A DNA stretch of 64,000 bases from a virus (Duplodnaviria; Caudoviricetes): IMG/VR virus record IMGVR_UViG_3300012157_000001, positions 32,001-96,000 of that record, one strand, 5' to 3'. This document shows, one piece after another, positions 21,182 to 31,157 of the stretch; within the stretch, counting starts at the first letter, position 1, and every line of letters begins with the position of its first letter. Under the pieces are notes generated by a model. It saw nothing but the letters and a program-made list of their open reading frames with translations, made no database searches and was not told where the DNA came from. Made by a program: the position numbers and the translations under genes.

Positions 21182-22962
21182 GCACTCTGTTCTACGGAGA
21201 CAACCTGGACAACATGCGGCGGCTCCGCGACGAGACGGTGGACCTCTGCTACATCGACCCGCCGTTCAATTCGAAGCGCACCTACAACCAGATCTACAAC
21301 AACGTCGGACGAGAAGATCGCGCGCAGGCCCGCGCCTACACTGACACGTGGGAATGGGGCGACCGGTCGATCGAAGGATTCCAGGAAATCCTGGGAAACA
21401 AGCACGGGCGGTTCCCCGCGAAGACGATCGATCTGATCAAGGGGCTCCACAAGGTGCTCGGCGAAGGCGGTCTGCTCGCGTATCTCGTGAGCCTGACCAC
21501 ACGAGTCACCGAGATGCATCGGCTCCTCCGACCGACGGGGAGCTTCTACCTGCACTGCGACCCGACGGCGAGCCACTATCTGAAGATCGTGCTCGACAGC
21601 ATCTTCTGTTCGCAGTGCGGCGAGTTCCAGAACGAGATCGTGTGGCGCCGAACCGGCGCGCACGGCAAGACGCAACGCTTCGGGCCGATCCACGACGTCA
21701 TTCTCTTCTACACGAAGTCCGACACATACACGTGGAACCCGGTGAACCGCCCGTATATGCGCGGCCACGTGAAGGAGTACTTCGTGCAAGAGGCCGACGG
21801 CCGTTGGCGGACGAATTACTACGGCAACGTCCTCACTGGGTCCGGGCTCCGCGGCGGCGAGTCGGGGAAACCGTGGCGTGGCTTCAACCCGAGCGCCAAG
21901 GGCCGGCACTGGGCAGTGCCGGGAAAGTTGATCGAGGAGGTCGATGAAGATCTGTCGAAGTTATCGCAGCACGAAAAGCTCGACCGGCTCTACGAGCTCG
22001 GCCTGATCACGATCACGCCGGGCGAGGCGTGGCCGATGTATCAGCGCTACATCAACCGCAGCGACGGCCAGGCCCTGTCGGACCTGTGGGCGTTTCAGCC
22101 GTACACCGATGGCACCGTCTTCGAGACGGCGGACGGTATCGACGCCGACGTGCGGTGGCTGTCGTCGAACGATGCGGAACGACTCGGCTACCCAACGCAG
22201 AAGCCAGAGGGCCTCCTAGAACGCATCGTACGCGCGTCGAGCAAGGAAGGCGACACGGTGCTCGACGCCTACTGCGGCTGCGGAACCACAGTGTCGGTTG
22301 CGCAGCGTCTCGGCCGTGAGTGGATCGGCATGGACATCACGTACCAGTCGATTTCCCTGATCCTCAAGCGCTTGGAAGATGACTTCGGCGAGAAGATAGC
22401 CGAGAGCGTGAAGCTCTCGGGCGTTCCGAGAGACATGGAGTCCGCCGTCGCGTTGGCGCACAAGAAAGACGACCGCGTCCGAAAGGAGTTCGAGAAGTGG
22501 GCGGTGCTGACGTACACGAACAATCGCGGTGCGGTAAACGAAAAGAAGGGCGCGGACGCCGGCATCGACGGAACCGTGCACTTCATGACCGCGGAGAAGG
22601 AGAACGCGCTCATGGTGCTCCAGGTGAAGTCCGGCGGCGTCGGTCGAGGCGACATTGCGAAGCTCCGCGGCGACATGCAACGCGAAGACGCCGAGCTTGC
22701 CGTCTTGATCACGCTGGAATCCGCGAAGGCGCCAATGGTCAAGGAAGCGAATGCCGCGGGGCGCTATCGGCACGAGGTCATGGGCCGGGACTACCCGAGG
22801 ATCCAGATCGTGACCGTCCAGGAGATGATCGAGAAAAGACGCCGGATGGATCTGCCGGTGGAGTGGAAAAAGGAGGCGCCGGCATCCAGTGCTACTGCTG
22901 CCACTGGCGGCACGCGCCGTGCAAGGCATAATGGGAAGAGGCTAAACAATGTTCCACCGTAA
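21178..22962 (+). CDS. Beta-class N6/N4 DNA methyltransferase with a C-terminal Mrr-like PD-(D/E)xK domain
   Basis: YIDPPFNS (motif IV) precedes YPTQKP and LDAYCGCGTT (motif I); C-terminal DAGIDG...QVKSG. Confidence 0.9.
   Translation: MSTLFYGDNLDNMRRLRDETVDLCYIDPPFNSKRTYNQIYNNVGREDRAQARAYTDTWEWGDRSIEGFQEILGNKHGRFPAKTIDLIKGLHKVLGEGGLLAYLVSLTTRVTEMHRLLRPTGSFYLHCDPTASHYLKIVLDSIFCSQCGEFQNEIVWRRTGAHGKTQRFGPIHDVILFYTKSDTYTWNPVNRPYMRGHVKEYFVQEADGRWRTNYYGNVLTGSGLRGGESGKPWRGFNPSAKGRHWAVPGKLIEEVDEDLSKLSQHEKLDRLYELGLITITPGEAWPMYQRYINRSDGQALSDLWAFQPYTDGTVFETADGIDADVRWLSSNDAERLGYPTQKPEGLLERIVRASSKEGDTVLDAYCGCGTTVSVAQRLGREWIGMDITYQSISLILKRLEDDFGEKIAESVKLSGVPRDMESAVALAHKKDDRVRKEFEKWAVLTYTNNRGAVNEKKGADAGIDGTVHFMTAEKENALMVLQVKSGGVGRGDIAKLRGDMQREDAELAVLITLESAKAPMVKEANAAGRYRHEVMGRDYPRIQIVTVQEMIEKRRRMDLPVEWKKEAPASSATAATGGTRRARHNGKRLNNVPP
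22908..22923 (+). promoter_or_regulatory. Sigma54 (-24/-12) promoter
   Basis: CGGCACG-CGCC-GTGCA, GG-N10-GC spacing, 25 nt before ATG 22949. Confidence 0.5.
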
Positions 22963-23878
22963 TCTGAACGTTCTGTCCGTAGTCCTGTTGTTCGCCGGCT
23001 GTGGCGGCGGCGATTTCAGCACCGCTGGGCTCGAAACCGGCGGCGTGGGCCCCGAAGGCACCGGCGGCGCCGTTGAGGCCGACGCTGGAGCGGCGGGCGC
23101 GAAGCAGGGCACCGGCGGCGTAACCGGTGTGACGGGCGGCCAGGCGGCCGTTACGGGCGGTTCGGCCGGTATCGGGGCTGACACGGGCGGGACGGCCGGC
23201 GGTGGCACAGGTGGCCAGCAGGCGGGTTCCGGGGGCGATCCTGTCGGGCCGGGCGGCGGGGCGACCGGCGGCCAACAGGCAAGCACAGGGGGCCTCGGCG
23301 GCGGTACAGGAGGGAGCCCTGGCACCGGTGGCGCCCAATCGTCTGGCGGCGTTGGCACCGGAGGCGTCGCTGGATGCCAGCCGCCGTACGCCGACCAGCT
23401 GACGACTGCCCTGCTGGCCGCCCTTCCGCCCAGCATCACCTGGACGGCGTTTTATTCCTACGTATCGACCACGACTTGTCCCGCGTACGCTGCCTGCGGA
23501 CCGCTGGGAGGCTCGACGCCGACGCCGAACTGCGGGGAACTCTTCATCAGATGGAATTCCGCGGACATTCGTCCTGGCGGCGACGTGTACATTTCGTTTT
23601 CTGCTCAGGTCAATACTGCTGCCCGCTACGGATGCAGCGGCGCAATCATCAACAGCTGCTCAATCGAGGCGGCCACCACGCAGGGCACCGTCAAGGTGCA
23701 CATCGAAAACACAGCGGGGGCGCCAGCTCTTGCCTGGAAGCTGACCGCGCCGCAGTCGTTCACCACGTGGAACGCCACCAGCAGCTGTCCGAATTTCGAC
23801 GGGACCGCCGCCGGCACTGACCTCAACGCAGAGCTCCTGGCCGCGATACCTGTCACGCTGACGGGTTCCTGTCAGTAA
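22949..23878 (+). CDS. Gly/Thr-rich lipoprotein with a Cys-containing C-terminal domain
   Basis: Lipobox LFAG-C followed by long GTGG/ATGG linker repeats. Confidence 0.75.
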   Translation: MFHRNLNVLSVVLLFAGCGGGDFSTAGLETGGVGPEGTGGAVEADAGAAGAKQGTGGVTGVTGGQAAVTGGSAGIGADTGGTAGGGTGGQQAGSGGDPVGPGGGATGGQQASTGGLGGGTGGSPGTGGAQSSGGVGTGGVAGCQPPYADQLTTALLAALPPSITWTAFYSYVSTTTCPAYAACGPLGGSTPTPNCGELFIRWNSADIRPGGDVYISFSAQVNTAARYGCSGAIINSCSIEAATTQGTVKVHIENTAGAPALAWKLTAPQSFTTWNATSSCPNFDGTAAGTDLNAELLAAIPVTLTGSCQ

Positions 23879-23959
23879 CGAACCAGCACGAATTCAGCGC
23901 TTCCTGACACGGTGCCGTTTTGTTGACGGCTACGCCCGGCGAGCTGTAGCCTTCGCGAC

Positions 23960-24403
23960 ATGGCACTCGTTGTCGGTGACATCGTTTCGATGAGCCTGGA
24001 GGCCTACGAGAATCTCAATGGACTTCTGGGTCCATTGGTCCAGGCGCAGCCGCCGAGGTTCGGTAGGGTGGCCGCGGCAGACGGGCCCCCCGCCACGATC
24101 GTGGATGTTCTCTGGGATGATGGCCGGTTCGAGGAGGACATCCCGGTGGTGGCGCTCGACAAAATCGATTCACCTGACGCAGGCATAGTCGCCACCCTCC
24201 AGGGCTTCGTGCTCAAAACGAATCCGTCGGTCGTGGCGCAGGCGGAAAGTCCAGAGTTTCAGGGCATCGCCATTGCGTTCTACACGCGCGACAACAACGG
24301 CGCCGGTACACCGACCGAAACACTGGTACTCATGCGTCTGAATTTCTTCGGGACGTACCGCGAGCTGCTCGCCTCTACGCTTCAGGTAGCCACGGGCCGG
24401 TGA
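23960..24403 (+). CDS. Hypothetical protein, leaderless start
   Basis: TTGACG-18-TAGCCT-7-ATG (23923-23962). Confidence 0.7.
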   Translation: MALVVGDIVSMSLEAYENLNGLLGPLVQAQPPRFGRVAAADGPPATIVDVLWDDGRFEEDIPVVALDKIDSPDAGIVATLQGFVLKTNPSVVAQAESPEFQGIAIAFYTRDNNGAGTPTETLVLMRLNFFGTYRELLASTLQVATGR

Positions 24404-24814
24404 GGAGTACCGCGCCGCCGGCAAGCTCGGAGTTACCGAGCCGCGCCGCCTGCATCGCGGGCCTCCGAACGGCACTCACGGATGCGAGGGCCGCTGTCGA
24501 AGCGTGGCGTGACGAGCGCATGGATCCCATGGCGCGCCTGCTCAACGACGCGACGGCTGCGCTGTCACGTGCGAATCGGATGGCGGCCCAGCTGACGCAG
24601 ACGATTCCCTCGCACTCGCGTCGCGTGCGTACGGTGCTCCGAGCCGTGGAGCAGGTTACCGAGGCACTACGAATCGTCGATCGAGCCCGCATGTGGGACT
24701 GGTCCCAAGAGGACCAGGCGGCGGACGATGCGATGCAGGTAGCGATGGTCCGGGCGCTCGGCACGGCGGAACGCGCGATCGACGCGACGGTCTAGAGGGG
24801 AGGCCCGAGACCGA

Positions 24815-25549
24815 ATGCCCGCAGCATTGGGTGTCCCTCAGTTTGCGGACAACCTGAACGGATCGCCCTCCGCCGTTTCGGTGACGGTGGGCAACGGGGA
24901 CGCGATCCTCGTAGCGGTTACCGTGAGCCTCGCGTTCGGCGGTCACACGGTCTCAGTCGCTGATGGGGGCGCATCCTACTCGGAGATCGGCTCCGCGCTG
25001 CAGGACACAACGAACCAGCAGGAGATTCGAGCTTGGTACAAGCCGAACTTGGCTTCGGGTTCGTACAGCGTTGCGGCCACAATCGGAAATCCTGTCGCCG
25101 GGCAGACGTATGCGGGGATCTGCGCCGTCGCAGTGCAGGGTGTGACGACATCTCCTTTGACCGCGTACGGCCCCGGGCTCAAACAGGTGGGCCCCGGGAC
25201 GGGCACGGACGCGATCAACTCGGGCTCGTCGCAGACTCCGGGAGCGTCCACATGCCTGGTCATCACGTTTTGTCAAGACACCAGCACTGGCATCTTGGTT
25301 CCGGCCGCCGGAACTGGCTTCGCATCGGCGGGCACCGGGTGGGGCTTCGGCGGCGCGCCCGGAATGCGTATCGCGAGCAAACGAATCACGAGTGGCAATG
25401 CGCAAGGAACGTTTACAGCGCAGTCGGGCGGCGGTAGCGTCACCTACCTGACCCAGATGTTCGCGTTCGCAGGGCTCGGTGCAGCCTCACCGAGCGACAT
25501 TCTTGTCGCTGCGCAACGGCATGCGCGCGACCCTCTAATCAGGATGTGA
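24815..25549 (+). CDS. Putative virion structural/decoration protein
   Basis: G/S/T/A-rich beta-strand pattern; C-terminal VAAQRHARDPLIRM tag. Confidence 0.6.
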   Translation: MPAALGVPQFADNLNGSPSAVSVTVGNGDAILVAVTVSLAFGGHTVSVADGGASYSEIGSALQDTTNQQEIRAWYKPNLASGSYSVAATIGNPVAGQTYAGICAVAVQGVTTSPLTAYGPGLKQVGPGTGTDAINSGSSQTPGASTCLVITFCQDTSTGILVPAAGTGFASAGTGWGFGGAPGMRIASKRITSGNAQGTFTAQSGGGSVTYLTQMFAFAGLGAASPSDILVAAQRHARDPLIRM

Positions 25550-25553
25550 ACCA

Positions 25554-27032
25554 ATGAGCGTATACCGGCAGCCCACATTCTTCGTGCGACGGCCTCCGTT
25601 CCTGCCGTCGAAGGTTCAGCCAGGAGTCACGCCGCTTGTCACGGTGTCCGCGGACGGTCGCTACCTCATCGACGCAGCGGGAAAGCCATTTCGGTTTCAG
25701 TGCGAGGCGGCATGGCCGTCTACGACGCGCGCGACGCTCGCGGAATACGACACGTACTTTCAGGACCGCAAAGCACGTGGCTTCAACACGATCCTCATTA
25801 TGGCGATCGTGCAAGAGGGAGGCTCGTACTCGTGGCAGCGAGCGAACCAAAATGGTGATGAGCCGTTCACGACCGTCGGGCACTTCGACACGCCGAACGA
25901 CGACTACTTCGACTTTCTCGAAGCTGTGATTGATCTCGCGGCGAGCTACGGCCTGCTCATCGTGCTCGCGTACACCTACGTGGGCTTCAACGGCAATCAG
26001 TTCGGCGAGGGCTGGTGGACGGACGTCGCTGCCTCTCACAATACGGAGAGCGTTTGCTACGGCTGGGGCCAGTACCTCGGCAATCGGTTCAAGAACAAGG
26101 CGAACCTGATCTGGTTCTCGGGCGGCGACTACACGATGCCCGACGATGCGACGCGCGCGAAGTACATCAAAATCATGGACGGGATCCGCTCTGTCGGAGC
26201 AATCCAGCTCGCCGGCAGCGAATGGGGCTATCCCGATTCGATTGCAGTCGACCAGGCCGGATACACCTACGGAACGGACCCGAGCGTTGCCGCGCAAAAC
26301 CTCAGCACGTTCTATGCGCAAGGTCAGGGGCAGAACGGCCAGGACTACGGCGCCGCAGATCGATCGTGGGCGGCATCGCCGACGCTTCCGACAATCGCCG
26401 AAGAGGTGATGTGGGCATACGGAACGTACGCGCCGATCGACTCGTCGCGCGCGCCGATTCGCAGGTATCAGCACTGGGCTGTCACCGCCGGGAGCACCGC
26501 GGGAACGTTTTGGGGTGTATGGGACATTGCTGACTGGCACGTGACTGGGACGCCGAAGCTCTGGGAGCAGGCGCTCACGGACATCGTGTCGCTCGACCAG
26601 GCGCGCGCGTTCGAGTTCTACCGACACATCCCGTGGTGGCGCATGCGTCCGAGCGGCACGGCTTCCGGTTACGCGGGCCGGGAGTTGATCGTGTCGGGCA
26701 TCGGGACTGGGGATTCGAAGATCACGTCGTCGATGACGAGCGACGGCATGTGCCTCATCGCGTACGTGCCACCTACCGGAACGGGGGCGACGACGTTCTC
26801 CGTAGACCTTAGGTCGATGTTCGACACGGCGAGGGCGTCGTGGTGGAACCCGACGACAGGTGACTACCAGTCCATCGGTGCGTTCGACAACACGCTTTCG
26901 GCGCAGTCGTTCACGACGCCCGGCGACAACGGAACGGGCTCAAACGACTGGATGCTTCTGCTGGAGGTCGCTACGTCGCTGCCGGCGGTCGCGGCTCAAC
27001 GGACCTTGCGTAACACGCTCTTGAGAATGTAA
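25554..27032 (+). CDS. DUF4038 (apiosidase/GH140-like) protein with a C-terminal putative collagen-binding domain
   Basis: RYLIDAAGKPF, RKARGFN, PNDDYFD, NLIWFSGGD, and WWNPTTG...DWMLLLE. Confidence 0.8.
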   Translation: MSVYRQPTFFVRRPPFLPSKVQPGVTPLVTVSADGRYLIDAAGKPFRFQCEAAWPSTTRATLAEYDTYFQDRKARGFNTILIMAIVQEGGSYSWQRANQNGDEPFTTVGHFDTPNDDYFDFLEAVIDLAASYGLLIVLAYTYVGFNGNQFGEGWWTDVAASHNTESVCYGWGQYLGNRFKNKANLIWFSGGDYTMPDDATRAKYIKIMDGIRSVGAIQLAGSEWGYPDSIAVDQAGYTYGTDPSVAAQNLSTFYAQGQGQNGQDYGAADRSWAASPTLPTIAEEVMWAYGTYAPIDSSRAPIRRYQHWAVTAGSTAGTFWGVWDIADWHVTGTPKLWEQALTDIVSLDQARAFEFYRHIPWWRMRPSGTASGYAGRELIVSGIGTGDSKITSSMTSDGMCLIAYVPPTGTGATTFSVDLRSMFDTARASWWNPTTGDYQSIGAFDNTLSAQSFTTPGDNGTGSNDWMLLLEVATSLPAVAAQRTLRNTLLRM

Positions 27033-27059
27033 CATCGAAGGAAAGGAATCGGAAACATC

Positions 27060-27527
27060 ATGGGCAGAGTATACACGGCGGTTTTTCAGGCAGCGGCGGT
27101 CTCCGCCGCGCAAGATCTGTTCATGCTCCTCGCGAGCTCGACGGTGCCGATCAAGATCCATGCGATCTACATCGGGCAGTCGTCCGACGCGGGGGATGCT
27201 CAGGATGAGCTCCTGCGCATCACGTTGAAGCGCGGCATGTCGACGAGCGGCTCGGGAGGGAGCACACCGACTCCGGTGGCGCTCAATCCGGGCGACCCTG
27301 CAAGCGGCGTCACGGCGCACGCGAACGACACGACCGCCTCCTCGGGAGGTACCATCGTCGTGCTCGACGAGCAGTGCTTCAACGTGCGAGCGGGCTACGT
27401 GTACGTGCCGACGCCGGAGGCGCGCCCGGTCGTGCCGGCAGGAGGCAGGCTTGCGGTGAACCTCCCTACGGCGCCCGCGGATGCGCTCACGATGAGCGGC
27501 ACGATCTATTTCGAGGAGCTCGCCTAA
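27060..27527 (+). CDS. Putative virion structural protein
   Basis: Jelly-roll-like alternating strands, ending in FEEL; RBS present. Confidence 0.6.
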   Translation: MGRVYTAVFQAAAVSAAQDLFMLLASSTVPIKIHAIYIGQSSDAGDAQDELLRITLKRGMSTSGSGGSTPTPVALNPGDPASGVTAHANDTTASSGGTIVVLDEQCFNVRAGYVYVPTPEARPVVPAGGRLAVNLPTAPADALTMSGTIYFEELA

Positions 27528-27531
27528 GAGC

Positions 27532-28047
27532 GTGCGCGTCTACCGGCCGGAGTTCCGCGCTCCGCTACGGGCTCCCCTCATCGCGGCGATTGGAACGAAG
27601 CCGCCCCAGAGCGGGGAGTGGAGGCAGTACGCCCGCTCGATAGACACTACGGGCGGCGGGTTCGATACGGGCAGCGGCGGCTCGGTCACGTTTCGCGTGC
27701 GAACCGTCGGCTCGGAGCGCGAAGTCGAGTGCTACATCGCCTGGGGAGGCGCGGGCCTGTCGGCGGGTACGGGGGCGCTAGTCATCCCGATTTCAGAGCT
27801 CGACACGCTCAAACTGGTCGGCTCGCAGATGAAGGACGTTGGGGGCTCGCTCGACGTCATCTTTCTGGTGAGCGCACGCGACGGAGCGAGTCCAATCGCC
27901 GGGTTCGTCATGAACGGCAACGCGGAGGACGCTGCAACCTCGGTCATGGTGCCGGCTCAAACCGCCCTGGTGGCAGCGTTGGGTGCGCCGACGTCCGGGC
28001 GGACCTGGGCGCTGAAGTTCTCCGTGCCGGTCAGAGCAGTCGAGTAA
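27532..28047 (+). CDS. Putative virion/tail-associated protein
   Basis: Beta-rich; N-terminal VYRP tag resembles that of the 25554 gene. Confidence 0.55.
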   Translation: MRVYRPEFRAPLRAPLIAAIGTKPPQSGEWRQYARSIDTTGGGFDTGSGGSVTFRVRTVGSEREVECYIAWGGAGLSAGTGALVIPISELDTLKLVGSQMKDVGGSLDVIFLVSARDGASPIAGFVMNGNAEDAATSVMVPAQTALVAALGAPTSGRTWALKFSVPVRAVE

Positions 28048-28122
28048 ACAACTTTCTGGGCCGCGTAACGTCTCTTCTGGTACGTCGTCACAGTGACGCC
28101 GCTGCTGCCACTGGCAGCACCA

Positions 28123-28138
28123 TGGCACGCTGCGTGCA
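28123..28138 (+). promoter_or_regulatory. Sigma54 promoter, preceded by the palindrome TGCTGCCA-C-TGGCAGCA (28103-28119)
   Basis: TGGCACG-CTGC-GTGCA; RBS and ATG 28165 lie downstream. Confidence 0.65.
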
Positions 28139-28164
28139 AAGGACGAACCAACCAGGAGAGCCCC

Positions 28165-28503
28165 ATGCGTAAGAACATTGCCAGTGTAATCGATGCGTTC
28201 CACCACCGTGATTCGTACCAGGACAAGACGTGCCGCACGGACGGGAAAGCCATCTACTCGTATTCGCTTCTGATCGCGGTCCGGTACGGCGCCACGGTGT
28301 ACGTGCTCGACGAGTCGGAATCGCCTAGCCGCACAACTACCAGCCAGATCCGGGCGGTCCGCGCGGCCCTCCCGGACGCCAGGACGGCTGGCACCGAGGA
28401 GATGCTGCGCGGTCTCCTGGAAGACGAGCCCGACCGGGAAAGCGGCGAATTCGATACGGGCACGGCCCGTGGCTACCGGGAGGACTTCCACGCGGACGGC
28501 TGA
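28165..28503 (+). CDS. Hypothetical phage protein
   Basis: CAGGAG RBS; TDG..IYSY...SRTTTSQ motif. Confidence 0.7.
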   Translation: MRKNIASVIDAFHHRDSYQDKTCRTDGKAIYSYSLLIAVRYGATVYVLDESESPSRTTTSQIRAVRAALPDARTAGTEEMLRGLLEDEPDRESGEFDTGTARGYREDFHADG

Positions 28504-28626
28504 GTTTCCAGCGCGTCACGCCCAAACGTCACGGTTGCGGCCGGGGTTACGCCCGGCCGTGACGTTTTGTGTCCCGGAGGGAAGACGCAGCCCTTGATCC
28601 CGTATGCTGTCACTGGCAGCATGGTC

Positions 28627-28642
28627 TGGCACAACCAGTGCA
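28627..28642 (+). promoter_or_regulatory. Sigma54 promoter
   Basis: TGGCACA-ACCA-GTGCA, 12 nt before ATG 28655; near-palindrome at 28604-28622. Confidence 0.55.
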
Positions 28643-28654
28643 CAGCGAGACAAC

Positions 28655-28858
28655 ATGAGCACGTACCGCATCATCCGTCACTTCCAGAATACCGACACGC
28701 GCCTGCGCGTCGTGAAGCGCGGGCTGACGCTCGAACAGGCCCAAGAGCACTGCCGCGATCCCGAGACGAGCAGCAGCACGGCGACGAGCTCGCGCGCTCG
28801 GAGCCGGACGCGCGAGCTCGGGCCCTGGTTCGATGGCTACCAGGAGGAACGATCATGA
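28655..28858 (+). CDS. Small hypothetical phage protein
   Basis: YRIIR...GLTLEQAQEHC.DPETSS...WFDGY. Confidence 0.7.
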   Translation: MSTYRIIRHFQNTDTRLRVVKRGLTLEQAQEHCRDPETSSSTATSSRARSRTRELGPWFDGYQEERS

Positions 28859-30740
28859 GCCGGCGCGCGGAAACGATCGCCACGGAGCGCTGGTGCGCAC
28901 GGCTATACCGCGGGGGCACGCAGGTGGACTCGTCACCGCTGTTGCGTAGCAAGGAAGCGGCGGTGCAATGGGCGCGCACTAGCAAGCGCGCCGAATTCCT
29001 CGACGTGCAGCTCTGGTGCCGCCCGGCTGGAAGCAGCAGGTACGAGGCGACGGGCATCGGCTGGTCGGCGGAAGTTCCGGAGCGCCTGCTTCGTAAGTAC
29101 GGCGAGGAACGTGGAGAACGGCCATGAAGACGATTCGGCTCAGCGACATGCTGACGGACGAGCAGATCCAGCAATGTGCAGCGCTGTACCCAAACCGGGA
29201 GCGTATTCGGGACGAGGTTGTCAAGCCGAACATGGCGGAGCTCGACCGAAGGCTCGGCCAGGAGAACGATCCGGACTACCTGAGCTACACGATCGTCTAC
29301 GTGCTCGGCGAAGCGCAGAGAAGGAGCATGTCGTGAGGAACGCGAAGCCGACGCTCAAGGCAGACGTTCTGAAAAACGCGAGGGGCTTGTCCCTTGGGGC
29401 TCCCGTCTCCGTCACGCTCGATGACGACCCGAAGCAGACCCGACGGTTCACGCCGGCAGAGCTGGACTCCCTCATTGGGCACGCGAAGCGCTCGGTGCGT
29501 GTCTACTACGTAGGCGTCGGCGTGCTGTGCGCGTTCACCGTGGGCGCAACGATAGGCGTCTTCTCCGGTCACCGGACCGAGCGGGTGCCGCCGCTGCCGC
29601 CACCGGTTCAGCCGACGTTAGTAACGCGCACGCTTGTTGCTAGGGAGATTCCGAGCGCGGCGCCGCCGTCGTCGGCGCGACCGCGGCTCTTGCGGAAGCG
29701 ACCGATGGTCGACGTCAAACAGCCGCTTTTCTCAGCCTACGAATCGATGTTGAACGAGGAGGACGATAACGATGCAAACCGCTGATCAGGAAACCGTGAA
29801 ACGAATGGAGGAGCACGAGGGACCCCGGCGCGTCGAGTGGGGCCATTGGGCCCTGACGTTCTGCCGAGGAAGCCGTGTGATAGCCGTACTGCACTTCCCG
29901 GTCGGTCCGGGTGGGCCCTCGGACGGCGCCCTCGGGTCGCCGTTGCGAGAGGCGTACTGCGAGGCGTGCCGTGCTTGGGTGGCACGTGGGCGGCTCCCTG
30001 AATCCGCCGTCCGTGCCGCAGCGCAGCTGGAAGGACGCGCATCGTGAGAGGCTGCTTTTACCACGTCGCGCCGCGCTACACGCCCGGGAGCCCCGCCATG
30101 GTGAGCGAGTGGATTGCTCGCCGTGTCGCCGAGCAAGAAAAGGTCTCCATCACGCACGCCCTTTCCGGAGCTTGGGGCGACCGGGAGAAGCTCCGGGCGG
30201 AGCGGCTCGGGCTCCGCGGCATCGCCGAACTGCGCGAGGAGACGAAGAAAGGGTGGCTGATTCTCGACCTCTGCACCGAGGAGCACCTGCTGAAGCTCTA
30301 CGACCCTGAGAAGGTCGGATACCGACAGTTCTACGACCTCGACACCGGCACGCAGCGCGCACTCAGAGTGGCGCCGCCGCCGGGCGTCGAGGAAGTCGAC
30401 CGCGAGTTTTACAAGCTCGACGAGGCGCTCGCGGCGCACCTCACGCAGCAGGTGCAGGTCTACCGGCCGGAGATGCTGAGCGAAGAAAGGCTTCTGGGGA
30501 TGTTTCCGAAGGCAGCACGAAGGAGAGTCTCCAAGTGACACGTGCGGAGCTCGTCGAGGCTGCATTTATCGCGCTTCAGGTGCGCGACCATATGAGAGAA
30601 GGTCGGGGCGCGCCGCTCGTCTCCGACATGGAGCGTTTCATCGAGGAAGCAGAGACCGTCGCTGAATTGTGCAAAGAGGCCAATGTCAGGCTTGCCGCGC
30701 GTCGTACGGTTCGGCCCTCGAAGCGGAGTGCAAAGGCGTC

Positions 30741-31157
30741 ATGAGCGTGGAGGCCACATCGGCGCTCCTGGCAACCCTCGCCGCGGCCAGGAGGTCATCC
30801 GATCACGAGATCGAGAGCGCGATCAGTGAGCTACGTGCCGCGTACAAGCACATCGTTGAGGCTGCAGAGGTATCGGCGGCGCTCAACTTCGGGGTGGGTA
30901 AGTCATCATCGACGCCGATGACCGAGCTGGAGGACTACCTGGCGACCACGCGAGAGGCATTGGCGGAAATCACGATGGTGCTGATCGAGCTGCACCCGAA
31001 ACAAGCGGGTAACCTCGGCGTGAACCCGAGCCCAGCGTCGTTTGCAACCGATGCTCGAAACGGCATGCAGGTGAAGCGTCTCGCGAAATGGGAAGCCGAG
31101 GCGCTCCGAACGGTCGTTGTCGAGGCCCTTGCCGGCGACGCGAAGGCGTCACAATGA
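30741..31157 (+). CDS. Helical protein, paralog of 31911-32315
   Basis: Shared RE.LAE....L.ELHP..A...LA.WE....RT.VV.ALAG. Confidence 0.7.
   Translation: MSVEATSALLATLAAARRSSDHEIESAISELRAAYKHIVEAAEVSAALNFGVGKSSSTPMTELEDYLATTREALAEITMVLIELHPKQAGNLGVNPSPASFATDARNGMQVKRLAKWEAEALRTVVVEALAGDAKASQ

Noticed and set aside
23030-23380. GGCGGC/ACCGGC-rich tract as a DNA repeat element
   Set aside because: Explained by the Gly/Thr linker codons of the lipoprotein.
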